A DNA stretch of 64,000 bases, taken from NCBI GenBank assembly GCA_964270895.1, contig OZ185437.1; one strand, 5' to 3'. Positions 42,701 to 56,151 of this stretch are shown piece by piece. This DNA is from Podarcis filfolensis (taxonomy: Eukaryota). Both the position numbers and the translations under genes were made by a program. A model generated the notes under the pieces. The model worked only from the letters and a program-made list of their open reading frames with translations, did no database searches and was not told the DNA's origin. Each line of letters starts with the position of its first letter. Position 1 is the stretch's first letter.

Positions 42701-44640
42701 GCACTTTGGCTACATTCTAACACACTTACAAGGAAGACCCATTGAAATCCATGAGTATTGCCAAGCAAACACAGACAAAGTAAGGCTGTCATGATACTTT
42801 CATTTTAGCTTGAGTCAAGATACAGTTTCAAGTGCTAACACCATGTATTTGGGAAAGTAGCAGTCGTCACCAACGAAGTCAATATATAGCAGCACTAGTA
42901 GATGCAGCTATATGTACACAAATTTCAGACCACTGAATCATAAAACCAGTTTGCAATATTCAAAAGAAAGGTGAAAAGTTGCAGATGTCCACATCAGCCT
43001 GCATGAATCGGGCATCATGCCCGACCAGGTTTTTGCCTGCAGCACACTATACAAAACCCAGAAACTTATGTAATTATTGGACAGATATAAATCCAACAAA
43101 GGATCTTAATATTGTAGTAGGCACAAGAGAAAAGCTTTAATACATTAACAGCCAGGTTCTAAAAAGAAAAGAAAAAATGAATCTGAAGGCCTGCTCTGCA
43201 AATATGATGTTAGCTTTGAGGGAACAGGAAGGGGTTATACAGGATACAAAAATAGAGTTTCCTGTTTCTAGATAAGAGGACTGTGATGCACGTAAATATG
43301 AACAGTTGATAATAACCAATGAAAGAAATTCTAATGAGGGGAACTGCAGTTTACTAGATTAACAAGACAATGCTACTTATGATTGCTGCAAGTAAGATAC
43401 ACAAAAATTCAGCCTAGGCACATATACTTAGAAATATTCCATTGAACTCACTCAGTATGACTGAACTTGAAGCCTTCTGAATCCAAATCATGATCCCTTT
43501 CCATACACAGCCCTTACTTTCAGACTTAGGACTGACCAATAAAGAAGTTCTCCTGTGGAAGCAGCCGACTATGTACCATAGCCTACCCTACATGTGACAG
43601 AATCCTTGTTTTACATTTACTAGGAAGCCTCATTGAAATTCAGTGGTGATTGACCCGAAAAGGTGCATAGAACATTGTAAGCTGAACTACCTAAGAAAGC
43701 TAGCAGGCAAATTAACTGCTTTCCCAGGTAGCGTACACCTGGGAAGCTACTGCCACTTTAAGAGGACAGACATGGTTCTGTCACAATCCATGGTCAACAA
43801 TGTGATTTTGTACCACTGCTGCCTTTCTCCCTACTGTTTTTCACTTACTGCAAATATGACATTGACTATACCACTTGCCCACACAGTATCTAATTGAATA
43901 CATGATCCTAGTAGTTCCTGGGAAAATGCTTGATAAAGAAATATTACAGTAGCTTCTTAAGATGCAGGCCAGAGCATCAAAAGATTTGCTAACACATTCC
44001 TAAGATGGTGATGGCTTGTTTTGCTTAACTGCCATCTGTTCATAAGATTTAGTTTAAAAGGTGTACAAAACTTTAAACAGAAACCGAGGGAACCACAACA
44101 GATATGACAATGTATCACTGTGTGTCCCCTTTTTATTGAAACAAAAAACTTCTGAAACAAACTTAAGCTTATTTCACCAAGCATTTGATATAGGAACTTG
44201 AACTACCACTTTGCCCTTATCATAGAAACACGCAGCACAGGTAAAAATCACAGACCCACAAAATCAGACTCCTGTAATTACAAGCCTGATGTGTCAGCCA
44301 AATAGTCACTGATAACAGTAGCAGCTTTGATCTTAAATTTAATTAGATGATTTACTGAGTGATTCAACCTGGGATTTAGACTGGGAATTCAAGCAATTCA
44401 ACACTGTAAAAAAATTAATTCTTAGCAGGCATACACACAATTACAGCTGGTCTGCAGCAATCACTATTGGTACAGCCATCAGAACATTTTCAGAGTTGTC
44501 TATTTCAAAAGTCTCATACTGCACCAAGTCAAAAGCAATGTACATAGCCACTCAATAGCAATCAGTTACTGTATTGATGTTAGGTATGCCTACTCAAGAT
44601 ATTCACCCAAGTCTTCTCTGATACCAGCTTTTTATTATTG

Positions 44641-44671
<31 letters not shown>

Positions 44672-44685
44672 CAGTAGCAGTAGCA
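44641..44685. repeat. (GTA)n/(GCA) microsatellite
   Basis: Direct reading. Confidence 0.93.
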
Positions 44686-45599
44686 CTAAGACTTTCACCA
44701 GGAATAGGGCAGTTACTTAAAAGCACACATGGACACACACTTAGTAACTTAGGTGTTCAATAAAGTGTCTGTGTATGTGGGTTTTTTAAACTTGTTTGTG
44801 CACTAATCAAAAGTTTGGGCAAGAACATGAAATACATTATGTGGGCCACTTCACATATTAAACAATTCTTATGGGCAAGTTAGTCTCATGAAGAATTAGG
44901 GTGCAAGAAAATGTATGCCATTTTGACCACAGGGTATGCATAGGATTGCTACATCTCTGTGTGTTTCATGATTAATAGAAGTGCCTCACAAGCAGGACCA
45001 CTTTTCAACTGTTACTATGTTTTAAAAGTTTAACAAGATCCAAGTGAACAATGAAGTGTATTATCCATAAAGCATGATGTTTAAGAAGTGGTATCAATAT
45101 AATCCTATAATTTCTCCAACATATGGCCTCAATTACAGTAATAGTACAATTCCTCCCAATTTTTCCCAAATAGTAGGAAAATACTGCACATGTGGAAAAC
45201 TTCCAGTAACACTGACAAAGCAGATGAGCAGGGAGAAAACTGAACAGTGTAAAATCGGCAGATGGATGAAGACAAAATTGCACATTTAACCAGGCAATCA
45301 CTAATATATTGACAGTTAAGGACGTCCATCAGTCATTAAAATGCTTTATGACAGTTACTTCTGCTACTAAGCAAAATACTGGAGTTAACTTTTAAGCCCT
45401 CTTAGCGATCTGACTTGAAAAGTTAGACAAATTTAGTTTAGGAAGTTACGTAACACAGATGTATTTAGTTTAGAAAATTACATAATATCGTCAGGATTTG
45501 TTATGTTGTCCAGCACGCCTGCTAGATTTTTCTTTTGAAAGCTGAAATCTCAAGTAGCACTTAAGCAGAAATGTACTCTGGCACAAAATACACCCCTAC

Positions 45600-45605
<6 letters not shown>

Positions 45606-45648
<43 letters not shown>
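45606..45648. repeat. (CA)n microsatellite at the downstream edge of the CpG island
   Basis: Direct reading. Confidence 0.95.
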
Positions 45649-45649
<1 letters not shown>

Positions 45650-46077
45650 CTCGAGACAAGACATAAGATTCAAGCCAACACAAGAAAAAGCTGAGCTTCA
45701 GATAAGATCGGAGAGCTGATGTAGCCTATTTAAATCATCATCCCGTGAGCTCGAAGAAAACCAGAAGCGCTTAAACTATTTTGAATGAAACGTGTCTTTT
45801 CCCCATTAGAAGTTCCTCCTCACGTCAAAAGCCCCCCTCCTCCTCCTCCTCACACAGGACCGTGCCCGACAACGACAACAATGAAATTATTGCAGGAAAG
45901 AATGGGAGGGAGGGTCGCCAAGGTGGCGGAGAGAGTACCCAAGAAGAACACAAGACCCAGCCACACAAGAGCGAGAGGGTGACTTTTCGGGATCGTAGGG
46001 AAGGAAGTTAATTTCTGTATTATCATTGTTATTATTATTTGCGGGAGGGGGGAAGCTGCTTTGAAGGAGTCACCCAC

Positions 46078-46719
46078 CTCTTTGATCTTCTCCCTTTTCT
46101 TCCGGATGGCGGGGTCGGTCGGTTCCCCTCCCACGGCCCCGACGGGTTTGCGGAACGGCAAGTCCGGCAGCCCGGCGGCCCCCGCCTCCCTCCTGCCCAA
46201 CTTGTCCTGCAGCAGAAACTTCGCCTTGTCCTGGTGGATGTCCCTGCGGATCTCGTCGGGCAGCTTCTGGAGGGTTTCTTTCGCCTCCCGCAAAGCTCGC
46301 TCGTGGTCCTCGCGGATCTTGGCCAAGTTCTCCGCGGCTTCCTCTGCAACAGCGGCGGCGGCGGCCCCATAGCCGCTGCTACTACTCCCGGCTCCGGGCG
46401 GCTGCGGCGGGCGCTGGTGTTCCCCGTGCGCCGGGGGCGGCGGCGGCTGCTGCTGCTGGAGGTTGCTGCTGGAGTGGAAGAAGACGCCGCTGAGCAGCTT
46501 GGGGGAGTCCGGCAGGAAGAAGATGGCCCCGAAGCAGAGCGTGATGAAGGCGCTGAAGACCAGCAGAAGCACGAACTTCTCCGTCAGGCGGAACGCGCCG
46601 CTGGGGCCGGGGGCTTTCCTGCCTCCGGGCCCGCCCAAGGGACCTCCGCCCAGAGGGCCGCCCAGGGCGCCCGGGCCGGCGGGGCTGCCGAAGAGCGGCA
46701 ACAGGCTGACGGCGGGCAT
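46078..46719 (-). CDS. MAN1A1: MAN1A1 coding exon 1 (642 nt, 214 codons): cytosolic tail, type II transmembrane anchor, stem region
   Basis: ATG at 46719-46717. Translation MPAVSLLPLF...RLTEKFVLLLVFSAFITLCFGAIFFLPDS...HERALREAKETLQKLP...KREKIKE matches the MAN1A1 N-terminus I recall rather than MAN1A2 or MAN1C1. Donor GAG|GTGGGT at 46077. Confidence 0.97.
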
Positions 46720-47337
46720 CGCGCGGGGCTCCGGGACTCAGCGCCCCCTGTAGGCCGGCGGCGCCCGCGGGGCAACCCGTCGTCACCAAACCGCCACAGC
46801 CGCGGCGGGCGCCGTCACAGCCAGAGCGGGCCGGCGGGACCAGCCCGCGCTTCCTGCCCTCGGCTGCCGGCGGCAACTTTCTTCGTCCTCTTCGGCGGCA
46901 GGAAGTTTTGCTCGGCTGCCGCCGCCTCCTCCGCGAGTTCTCCCTTCACGGGAAGCGGCTGCCTTTGGCCGACGAGGGAAGTTCGGACCCGAGGTGCGTT
47001 TGCGGCTCTGTCAGCTCCTGCCGCCGCCGCCCCCTCGGCTGGTGCGGCTGCTGTCGCCGCTGCCCATTTGACGCCGGCGCTGCCGCCTGCCCTCAGGTAT
47101 CCGGCGAGAGGAAGGCGGAGCGGCGCTGCTGTTATCGCTGTGGCCGCCCAGCCAATTCATAGGAATGATGACACTTCGCTCCCTCTCTCCCCTCCTCCCT
47201 CCCTCCCTCTCTCCCCTCAGAGGCGGCGGCGCCTGGCACTCGGAAGCGGAGGACAACTGCTTACTCGAGCACGGAGCGCGGAACTGAGGCAGCCGCGAGA
47301 GGGAGGCCCCTGCTTCTCGGCGAAGGAGCGCGCTGGA

Positions 47338-47437
47338 CCAATCACAGAGTAGGCGGGGCTGGGTGGTGGCGGGCGAGAGGAGGAGGCGGTTACGGGAAGA
47401 GAAGGGGCGGGGCATTCCAAAGAGCGAGGGGCGGGGC
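47338..47437. promoter_or_regulatory. Core promoter motifs: CCAAT box (47338-47342) and two perfect Sp1 GC boxes GGGGCGGGGC (47404-47413, 47428-47437)
   Basis: Exact motif matches in the CpG island, about 620-720 nt upstream of the ATG; function inferred. Confidence 0.65.
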
Positions 47438-48332
47438 GTGTGGATTTGTGGGTTTTTTTACAGTTGAGAAACAGAGCGTCCCGGGCGGAGGGGGGCGTTG
47501 CTCGTGCAGCGCGCGTGCGGGGTGCCAGAACCGCTGGTTGCAAACGTGCGCGGGCGGGCACGCGCTCACACTCACACACTCACTCGCTCGCTCACACACA
47601 GATGACGACTTGGCTTGTTATGCATCGTCGTCGGCTTCCCCTGCTCGGGCGTACGTGACGCCACACAGGAGGTTAGGCGAAATCCTCGTGCCTGGCCCAC
47701 CTCCCGGACTAGGATTCATTAACCCCGGGTCCGTTCACGCATGCACACGTGCAGTAGTACGAAGTTGCGTTTCTTGATCAATCAGTGGGGCTTTGATTCT
47801 AGCGCGAGATTGCAGCATGACGTGCACCGTCCCGTCCCCCCACTACAAAACTCAAGTTTTAACACTTGTCGATAAAGGATCTTCCTGTGGACGGCCGGCT
47901 GCGTGCATTTTTTTTTTGTTTACTTATTATGTGGCGACAGTTTATGGGAAGGAAGGAATTGAGGCCGAAATCTGACACCGGCTGTAAATATACAGACCGA
48001 TCGATACATTGCTAGGCAATAACGGGCGCGCTGGGCTTCCTGTGCCGCTTGCTTGCTTGACTAAGCGAGACTGGGTAAACGTGCACAGCCCCCCACCGAA
48101 CTTTTCTGGAATTAAACAATGCATTGGCTGAAGTGACCAACTGGGTTTTTCCACCACAATAATCTAGCGGGGCTTCCAGACTCTGCTGCCCATGCACAAA
48201 AGTTTTGCACGGTGTCCTGAGGACGACCTGATCAAATGGAACTGTCAACTTTTCCCTTTTCTTGCGAGGAATCCTATTTGGAATAAGGGAATTTCTCTTT
48301 AAAAAGGGGGAAAGTTGACAGCTATGACTCCG

Positions 48333-48462
48333 ATTTAAATCACGTTGCCTCCCCCGAAGAATGCTGGGAACTGTAGTTTATCAAAGTTTCTGGGACTAAT
48401 AGCTCTGTGGAGGGTAAGATATTGTTCCCAGCATTCTTTGGGGGAAGTCATGTGCTTTAAAT
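48333..48462. mobile_element. Fold-back MITE core of the same type as 63595
   Basis: Arms CCCGAAGAATGCTGGGAAC / GTTCCCAGCATTCTTTGGG (18/19) plus outer arms. Confidence 0.7.
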
Positions 48463-50139
48463 GTACTATGTGGGTGTTACACGACTGTGGTAATGAAGCT
48501 GGAGTCAGGCTGTTGTTTATTTACTGGATGTAGCCTGCCCTATCCCAAAGACTTGGGACTGTTAGCAGTGTACTAATTATTCTGCCATACTCCACACCAC
48601 TCCAACCATGTGACCAAAAATATCCATATTAGCCCTACATCCCTACAACCTTGGACAAGTCTTCTTAAGAAAGTAATTCTAGAGTTTAGGTGCAGCCATC
48701 CATGACACTTGTTTATATTCCCTTGCAGGCATTATTTGGTTCATAGTGGTGGTATGCTTAAACATTATGGTAGAGATGCTCTTATAGCTACAGGGTGGTT
48801 CATAGCCACCAGCCGCTTGAATTCAGCTTGGAAGGTAATGCAGGGTCTGGGAGAATATGGACTGGGTGAGTCACCATTAGAAGGTGGGCTGCAATATTTT
48901 GCATTGCCTAATACTTGTGAATTATTGCCAAGGAGAGCCTTGCATAAAGATTTGGCTATCCTTATTTAGCAACATAAAGGCTCACCTGGGCCTCTGCATG
49001 TTATACTTTGCTGCACAGCTGTTGTGTTGCTGTAGTGCACTCAACAGATAAAACATATGCTCATTTAGGGTCCATGGTACTCTGGGAGCTCTAGGTGGGA
49101 ATTGTGCTAGGCAAAAGGGTTTGTGTGTGGTTGTGAAGGGGATTGAAAATGGTGGTTGTGGACTTTCACCAGAACATTCTTAAATCCAGAATAATACTGT
49201 TTACAACATTAAAGTCTCACATTGAACAAAATGATCCATAGAAAGTACTTTACGATCTGAAAATAGAAACGATGTATGTACTTTTGTAACCCCAGAAAAT
49301 CTTTAATAAAAACAATTAAAAAGAAGAAGAAGGCGGGGGGATGGCCTCCCTGGGTAGAAAAAGTTTGCAAGTGCTTGAAGTAAAGGGAAAACAATCATCT
49401 GATATGTTGCAAAAGAAAAAGAAACTGAATGTTTTGTTTAATTAAAAGTTTGCAATGAACAATGACTCAACGCTTTACCAAACTTACAAAGCTAATTTTT
49501 TCTATAAGAAGTTATGTAAAGCTACACATTTATTGTACATGGCTCTATGCCCAAAGCCCTTGCCAAGCAGTAAATTATACAGTGGTGTTGTAATGAACAT
49601 AGAAATGAAAGGAACAGCTATAAAATGGTTTAACAATAGCCTGCGAAGTCTTTGACATTAAAAAGCACATTTATAGTACGTACAGTACCCCAGAGCATCT
49701 CCAGTGACCATGCAGCTACACTTCACCATATGGTTAAGAAAAATGTGGTGAAGAAACAAACCAAATCAGAACCCTATAATCACCATCTTTTTATTTATTT
49801 TTTAAGGGAACAGATTGGATTTTTTCATGGAAGATTTATTTTACTTGTGACTAGAATTTTAGCAGACAAGAGAAAATCTTTGTCAACTCTTAACACAATC
49901 ATTTATGTGACTATATTCCTCTTAGGCTAGTGCTACATTGTACTGCAGACCACTGCTTTAGTTTGTTTGTTCTTTGTGCACCAGCACATTGTATTATGTT
50001 ATGGCCACAACATAAGAGGCTGCTAGAAATTGAATTAAAACTCAGTTTGTTGACACTCAAATGCAGCTGGGCATATGAAGTGAAGAGAAAGGGAAAGTAT
50101 TGCTTGGTTGGATTGCACGTGCTCAGTGTCTCTTGAGTT

Positions 50140-50520
50140 GGGATGGAGGAGAAATTCAAGTCTGTTTGTATTTAAAGGCGAATTTATCAAATTTTCACTT
50201 CTATCCTTTGCAATTCATACTTACTTATCTGAATTTTGTGATGCAGCTCTCTTACCAACCAATGATAACAAAAATGCATATATTATGTAAAATGTGCAGA
50301 CGAATGAATGTATTAGTGAACATAACGTGAGAAAGGCATTCTGTTAGGAGAAAATGCTTACAAAATGCATAGAAAAAGTGTTTATTAGGAGAAATTTGCA
50401 CTAAAATGCAGAAGTGTTTTTTAAATCACAAATTGCTGCAGAAATGTGGAGAACCGAATTGAAGGTTGGAAAAATAAGAAACTGGGAGAACTTAAACCGA
50501 CAGATCCTTACATGGCAATC
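50140..50520. mobile_element. Probable non-autonomous DNA transposon remnant (GGGATGG-type end)
   Basis: Resembles a lizard repeat type I recall; ends degenerate. Confidence 0.35.
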
Positions 50521-50539
50521 TGTAAAGCGCTATGTATGT

Positions 50540-50800
50540 CTTAGGTTCAAACTATATGAAAGACCGTGTTCCTCTGGTTTTGAGATCTTTGGGGGAGGCC
50601 TCTCAGTCCCACCACCCTCACAGGCACACTTGGTGGGGATGTGGGAAAGGGCTTTTTTAGTACCTGCTCCCAGACTGGAACTCCCTCCCCGGAGAAGATA
50701 GACTGGTTCCCTCCTTGTCCTTTTGCCAGCAGGTGAAGATCTTCTTGTTACAACAGGTTTGGGGGAGCTGACTGCTTTTAATAAAAGGGATGGTGCAGTG
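50540..50800 (+). mobile_element. L2 3' fragment
   Basis: GAAAGGGCTTTTTTAGTACCTGCTCCCAGACTGGAACTCCCTCCC resembles the L2 RAFS..AP.LWNSLP region. Confidence 0.6.
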
Positions 50801-53800
50801 CTGCTTTTATTGCAATTATTTGTATGTTTGAAACACACACTCACAAACATATATTTGTTGCTTTTAATAAAGAAACAATGAGAAACTGAGTGTTAATTCA
50901 GCGTTTATCACTGCTTGGTCTGGAAAGGCCTTCAGTACTTTGCTGTGTTATTTCTTTGTGTCCATGGAACTTCACCTGCAAACACCCTGTGGACCACAAG
51001 CAGTCCTTACACCACAGTTTAGGAATTACTGCCAAGGATATTTAGGAAATTAAGATGACTACGTTTTAAAGATATTCAAGCTAACCACAATTGTGTTAAT
51101 TATACTATCTGCAGGAGGTGTACTGTATTATGTCTTGTGAAAGGTTATGTGGATATTGCCTAAGTTTTAACAATCTTGTGCCCTCAATTATCCTTTTGTT
51201 GTTATTGCCCATTTCCTTCCTTCTCTTACCAAATATGCAGTGTATGCCTGATGTTTTTTCTTTTTTGATGATTCCCAATATGGCTCCACCAATTAAACAC
51301 TATGGAAATTGCTTGCTGAGGGTTCTGATGATCTTATCCTCACCAACTGGAAGGGCATTTACAGATCATAATTTCTGTTGCTAGCTGCAATGCTTTAAAT
51401 TCAAATGCCATTGCTGCATGGAATACAGCTATATACATATTTTGGTGCATTCATTTATGATATATGGTTTTAAAGGGCCTGATGAAACTTGCAGTGACAG
51501 AGTTCTGTAATGGAGGCTCTAAGCAGTTTGCAAAATATGGAAATTAGTTACACAAGACAGACATGATTAAAATACACAATAGTTATAAGAAAACCGTAAT
51601 TAAAATAAAAAACCCCATCACATTAAAACATTACAATGTAAACACTCATAGTTAAAATGTACAATAAAAGAATCCAATTAAAAGTGATAAAAAACGAGTC
51701 TTGCGTCAAGAGATCAAGGGAATGCCTTTGTGAACAGGTGCATCTTCAAGAACTGGCGGGATGCCAGTATAGATGGGGCCTCATCTTTCTGCAGCAAATG
51801 CCTGCCACAACACCAGTACTACCAGTGAAAAACCCCACCTCTGTCTCACCATAAATCATCAGGCTATCATAGGACTAACCAGGTTCCAGTTGTAGATATC
51901 AATGCCCTTACTGAGGAATGGGGTGGAGAGTTGATCTTCCAGGTATTCTTATTCTTCTTATTCATTTCATGTTTATACCACTTTATATGTTTATAGGAAA
52001 AAAATCCTCAAAGCGGTTAATAACACATAAAAACATCAAAGTATACATTCAAGGCAACATAATTGACAGGAAACTAAAATATGAAAGATTTCAAAATAAA
52101 ACATTGCAAAGGAGGTCAACTACAGAATGCACATTTAACACGGCAAAATTAACAAAAAAATCAAATCAAAACAAAGCCTTACTGTAGGAAGTCAAGTATA
52201 AAAATGCACATTTAAAAGAGCATAGTTAGCAAGAGAATAAAATATTATCATAAGCATAGAACATCTACTGGGCAGTGGCTGTGGAAGCTCAGGTTCAATG
52301 ACCTGGATCTGCACTCAAAGACAGCCAAGACAACAGCCTTAGCTTTTGTAGCTGGAGTGATTCCTGGGCTCCATCCTCCCAGGCCAGTGGAAAAAGGCCT
52401 GTAAGGCAGGAAACAGGTCTTCCAGGACTTACAGCCAAGATGACAACCTGCTCTAGAGTTGCTTAGGGCTTTATATGTAAGAATACTGTAAAACTGGCTC
52501 AGTGGCTCATAGGCAGTCTATGATCTCTTAGTACTGGTGTGACATGGGCCCACATTCCCCCTGTCTTCCCCCCCCGGGAATTTATACAAGTATTGCACTT
52601 TCTCCACACCAAGCTTTTAGTACTTAAGGCAGTCTTACAGTTTCTTCCTTCCATCTTTTCCTGCATTCTTCATTCTGCACCAACTCATCTGCTATTAATG
52701 CTTTTCTTTTTCAACTCCTGTCTCAGTGGCTTCTGATAGAATTCTTCCTATGGTGTGGCTTTCCTATTCTATACATGACATTGTGGCTGAATCAGAACAG
52801 ATCTCCAGACTTCACAGCCCTGTTCACAGACATTGAAAAGCCCCTCTCCATGGGTGATGGTTTGGGGAGGGTAGTAGCAGGTCTGATGATTTTTGCCCAT
52901 CTTATCTTGTAAGCTGCAACATTTGTATGCACACTCCCCTTTTCCACCACTCATTATGTGTTCCTTCCAACTTATCCATGCAGTGTGAAGCAGCTGAGTA
53001 AAAGAATGACCCTCACAATGAATTGGCTATGTTTGTAATATTGCGACAATGTGAAATCTGATTGGCAGTATGGAATTGTAACATACAGTAATCACATTCA
53101 CCATGCGATCCCTGATTGGCTAGTTATTACAGTGTGCGAAATAAGGAGAAGTGGAATAAAAAAGTGCCTAAACAGCTGTCCAAAGTGAAAATGAACATGG
53201 GCAAACGGCTGTGTGAACAAGTCAACATTTAATGGTCTTTGGAGACACATTTTTGGACATCCCACCTCTCATTACACCCCTCATTTCATATCAAAAATGT
53301 TCACTCCTGAATATTCATTGCAACCTTACACAAAATCCATTTCTTCAGCAAAGCCTCTACCTGCAACTTTACTGTTAACAGTGGACTCTGTATCCTTTCC
53401 CCATTGCTTATTCATCACACTGTGACCTCTCCCTATACTCCCCTTGTGCTTATTTTCTGTCCAGTGCCTAAGAAACTGTTGGCAATAAAACATGTTAAAT
53501 GGTAGTGGTACCAGATACAGCAAGGTTCTAAAAGTAGAGTTTTAGTAGTGCCTTCTACCTTTATGATTTATCTGAGTTGTAAGAACTATTTCCCAACAAC
53601 CTCCTGTAATGTTCTTCAACAATACCAAGTTGCACTCTCATACTCTGTGTGGTAGTGATCTAAAAGCATTGCAGTCTTTACAACTATTGCAGCTTTTGTA
53701 CTTGGATGCACACACAATTCACTCTCTTTCTTTGATCTCTGGCCTTTAATCATTGTGGGTCCCCCCCTTCAAATCTTGGTGCTGCATTTCAGAATAGATT

Positions 53801-56020
53801 CAACTTCATAGGCGATTTTGCTGCAAATAAAAGCACAATAAGAGGGAACAGTAGTAGTAAATGTATTAGATTTCTTTCTAGTCCAATAAGGAAATATGAC
53901 ATTAGGGTATATTTCCAGATTACAACTCAACATTGATGCCTCTAAATAAAACATTAAGATACTAGGAACAGAGAAATAAAAATTTCTCTGTTTTTCTTCT
54001 GTTGTGTTCCTTAAAAAATAACTTTAAAACTTATGCTGCATGCCCTTTTTATATTCCTTTTATATCAATAATAAATGCTATCCAGAAAGTAAGTGGAAAT
54101 ATTTATTTATTTATTTATTTTATTTCTTATGTTTCCTCCACCATTTAGAGTACTTATTCTGTTCTTTGAACATAAGATTTTGGGAAGGGAAAAAAAAAGA
54201 TACCTTGAAAAAAAAGGGCCAGATTAGCCCATTGGCAATGCCTTGAGACATACCTCAATTTCTTTTTAGTATGTGACATCTGAACAGGCACACTGTTCCC
54301 ATGGGCAAGTAATATAATGGTGGAGAAAAGGGTTTTCTAATATGAATCAACACTGTACTTTTAAAGAATGGTTGGTGCCTGTTGACCACTGCTGCCCAAG
54401 TGCTTATATTTTATGGCTTTAATTTTATTGTCTGTAATGGTTGTATTCTGAGACTTTAATTATTATGCCTTCCCAATGATTTAGAAAGCCTTCATTTTAA
54501 GACCCCTTGCAACCTGTCTCACTTTTGTTGCCGTGTTATTACAGGCCAGTTTTGTTCCACCATTCTCAGCCTAGCCCCACGAATTTCATTTCGTGCAATC
54601 ACTCAGAAGATGGCAGTTCTCAGGGGGGTGGACTGCCATGTGTTGATTAATGCAGCTGGGATGCCTGTGTTCAGGCCATAGCACTATGAATATTTGTCTT
54701 TTTCCAAATGAGATCAAGGACTTTCTCCTTAGTTTTCTAGCCTTAGGGTGCTTATTCCATTGATTTACTCGGTTGGCTTACTTTTTAATAGGGGAAAGAC
54801 TAATCAGGAACAAAAATCCAAACTTGTCTGCTCTCCAGACTTCTTCTGGATCATCTGGTATAGCTAAGCCCAAACTTTGGAAAAGGGGTAGTTGTGTTAG
54901 TGTGTTGTAGCAAAAACAACCATGATTTATTTGGCACTTAGAAGATGGACAGATTTATGGTGGTATATATTTCCATTGGCCAGAGAGACCATTTTGTCAG
55001 TTCATAATCACCTAAGTGCATAGTAGGTACACATATATAACCATAGAGAGAAGTGTTATTTATTGTCGAGGGCCTGAGCACCGAGTCTTCGCTTACATGG
55101 TGACTAGGATGGCTACAAAGCCGGGTGCTAGTGAGACCCCAGACACTCACCCTCTTAATTTCCCCAGAGATGTTTGTTACATTTTGCTAAGCGTCAGTTT
55201 TTGCCAATAGATTTTGGGTGGGGAGAGAGCCCAATTCATGTGCCATGTACTGGGCAGAGAAAATCCTCTTGGTTACCACATAGCTCAGAGAAATACCTGA
55301 CAGCTAGATTTTTGGGGGTGGGTGGGGAGAGGGTCCTCTTTCTCTGAAAGTCAGCCTAAATTTGCATCTATACAACTTAGTTAGAATATACAAATGCTAC
55401 ATCAATATGTATCACGGGCCTCTGCCCTTTTAGATATCTAGCAATGCCCCTTTTTGCTGTCATTGGTTTTAACAAAGTAGACCAAAAGGGCATGCCGTGT
55501 AAGAGATGCAGCATGTGTTTCACACTGCTATACAAACGGGTGATTTGGTTGATTTACAGGGCCTGTGATCTCAGTTTCTCTCTGTTTATGGCATTGATTG
55601 TGTTGCATCCTGGGAAAATACAGAAACCTCTTGGAAACTCCTAGGGAGGACTTAAGGGGTGCAGAGCCTAGGCTGGTCTTGTGCCTGTACACTCCAGACA
55701 TACTGACAGATAAGGACCAGGACAATCACTCCGAAACATGCATGTAAGAAACCTAACACAACAATTCTAGGCATGTTTACTCAGAAGTAAGTCCTACTCC
55801 AATAAGACTAATCTTAAACTTGCCTGGACATCAGTGGGGTGTGTAGAAGTGGCATAGCCATTTCTGCATCTGCAGCCTTGCCATTCATGCCAGCCGGGAC
55901 ACAAGGCAGGCAAAATCCTGCTCGGTGCTACGCCAGCCTGGAGCTGATATAGCAACTTAGCCTAGATCAGGCTCACAATCTTCAAATGATAGCAGTCAGC
56001 CTGGCTTGGAAACGAGTGTA

Positions 56021-56151
56021 TAGTGGTACCTCGGGTTACAGAAGCTTCAGGTTACAGACGCTTCGAGTTACAAACTCCACTAACCAGGAAGTGGTTGCTC
56101 CAGGTTAAGAACCTCTGGAACAAATTAAGTTCTTAATCTGAGGTACCACTG
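56021..56151. mobile_element. Short (131 bp) Tc1/mariner-like MITE derivative
   Basis: TA|TAGTGGTACCTCGGGTTAC...GAGGTACCACTG|TA. Confidence 0.85.

Larger units (their letters stand above)
45720..48230. promoter_or_regulatory. CpG island / MAN1A1 promoter and first exon
   Basis: Sharp rise in GC and CpG against an AT-rich, CpG-poor background; core about 46030-47790. Confidence 0.9.

Noticed and set aside
43008-43024. Palindrome TCGGGCAT-C-ATGCCCGA
   Set aside because: 8-bp arms are at chance level; no supporting context.
46039-47352. 437-aa antisense ORF over exon 1
   Set aside because: TTG start; codon-mirrored to the MAN1A1 frame, where antisense stops need TTA/CTA/TCA codons that are rare in a GC-rich exon; remainder is CpG-island sequence; no recognisable domain.
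46035-47777. Other overlapping Arg/Pro/Ala-rich ORFs in the CpG island
   Set aside because: Expected from high GC content and low stop-codon frequency.
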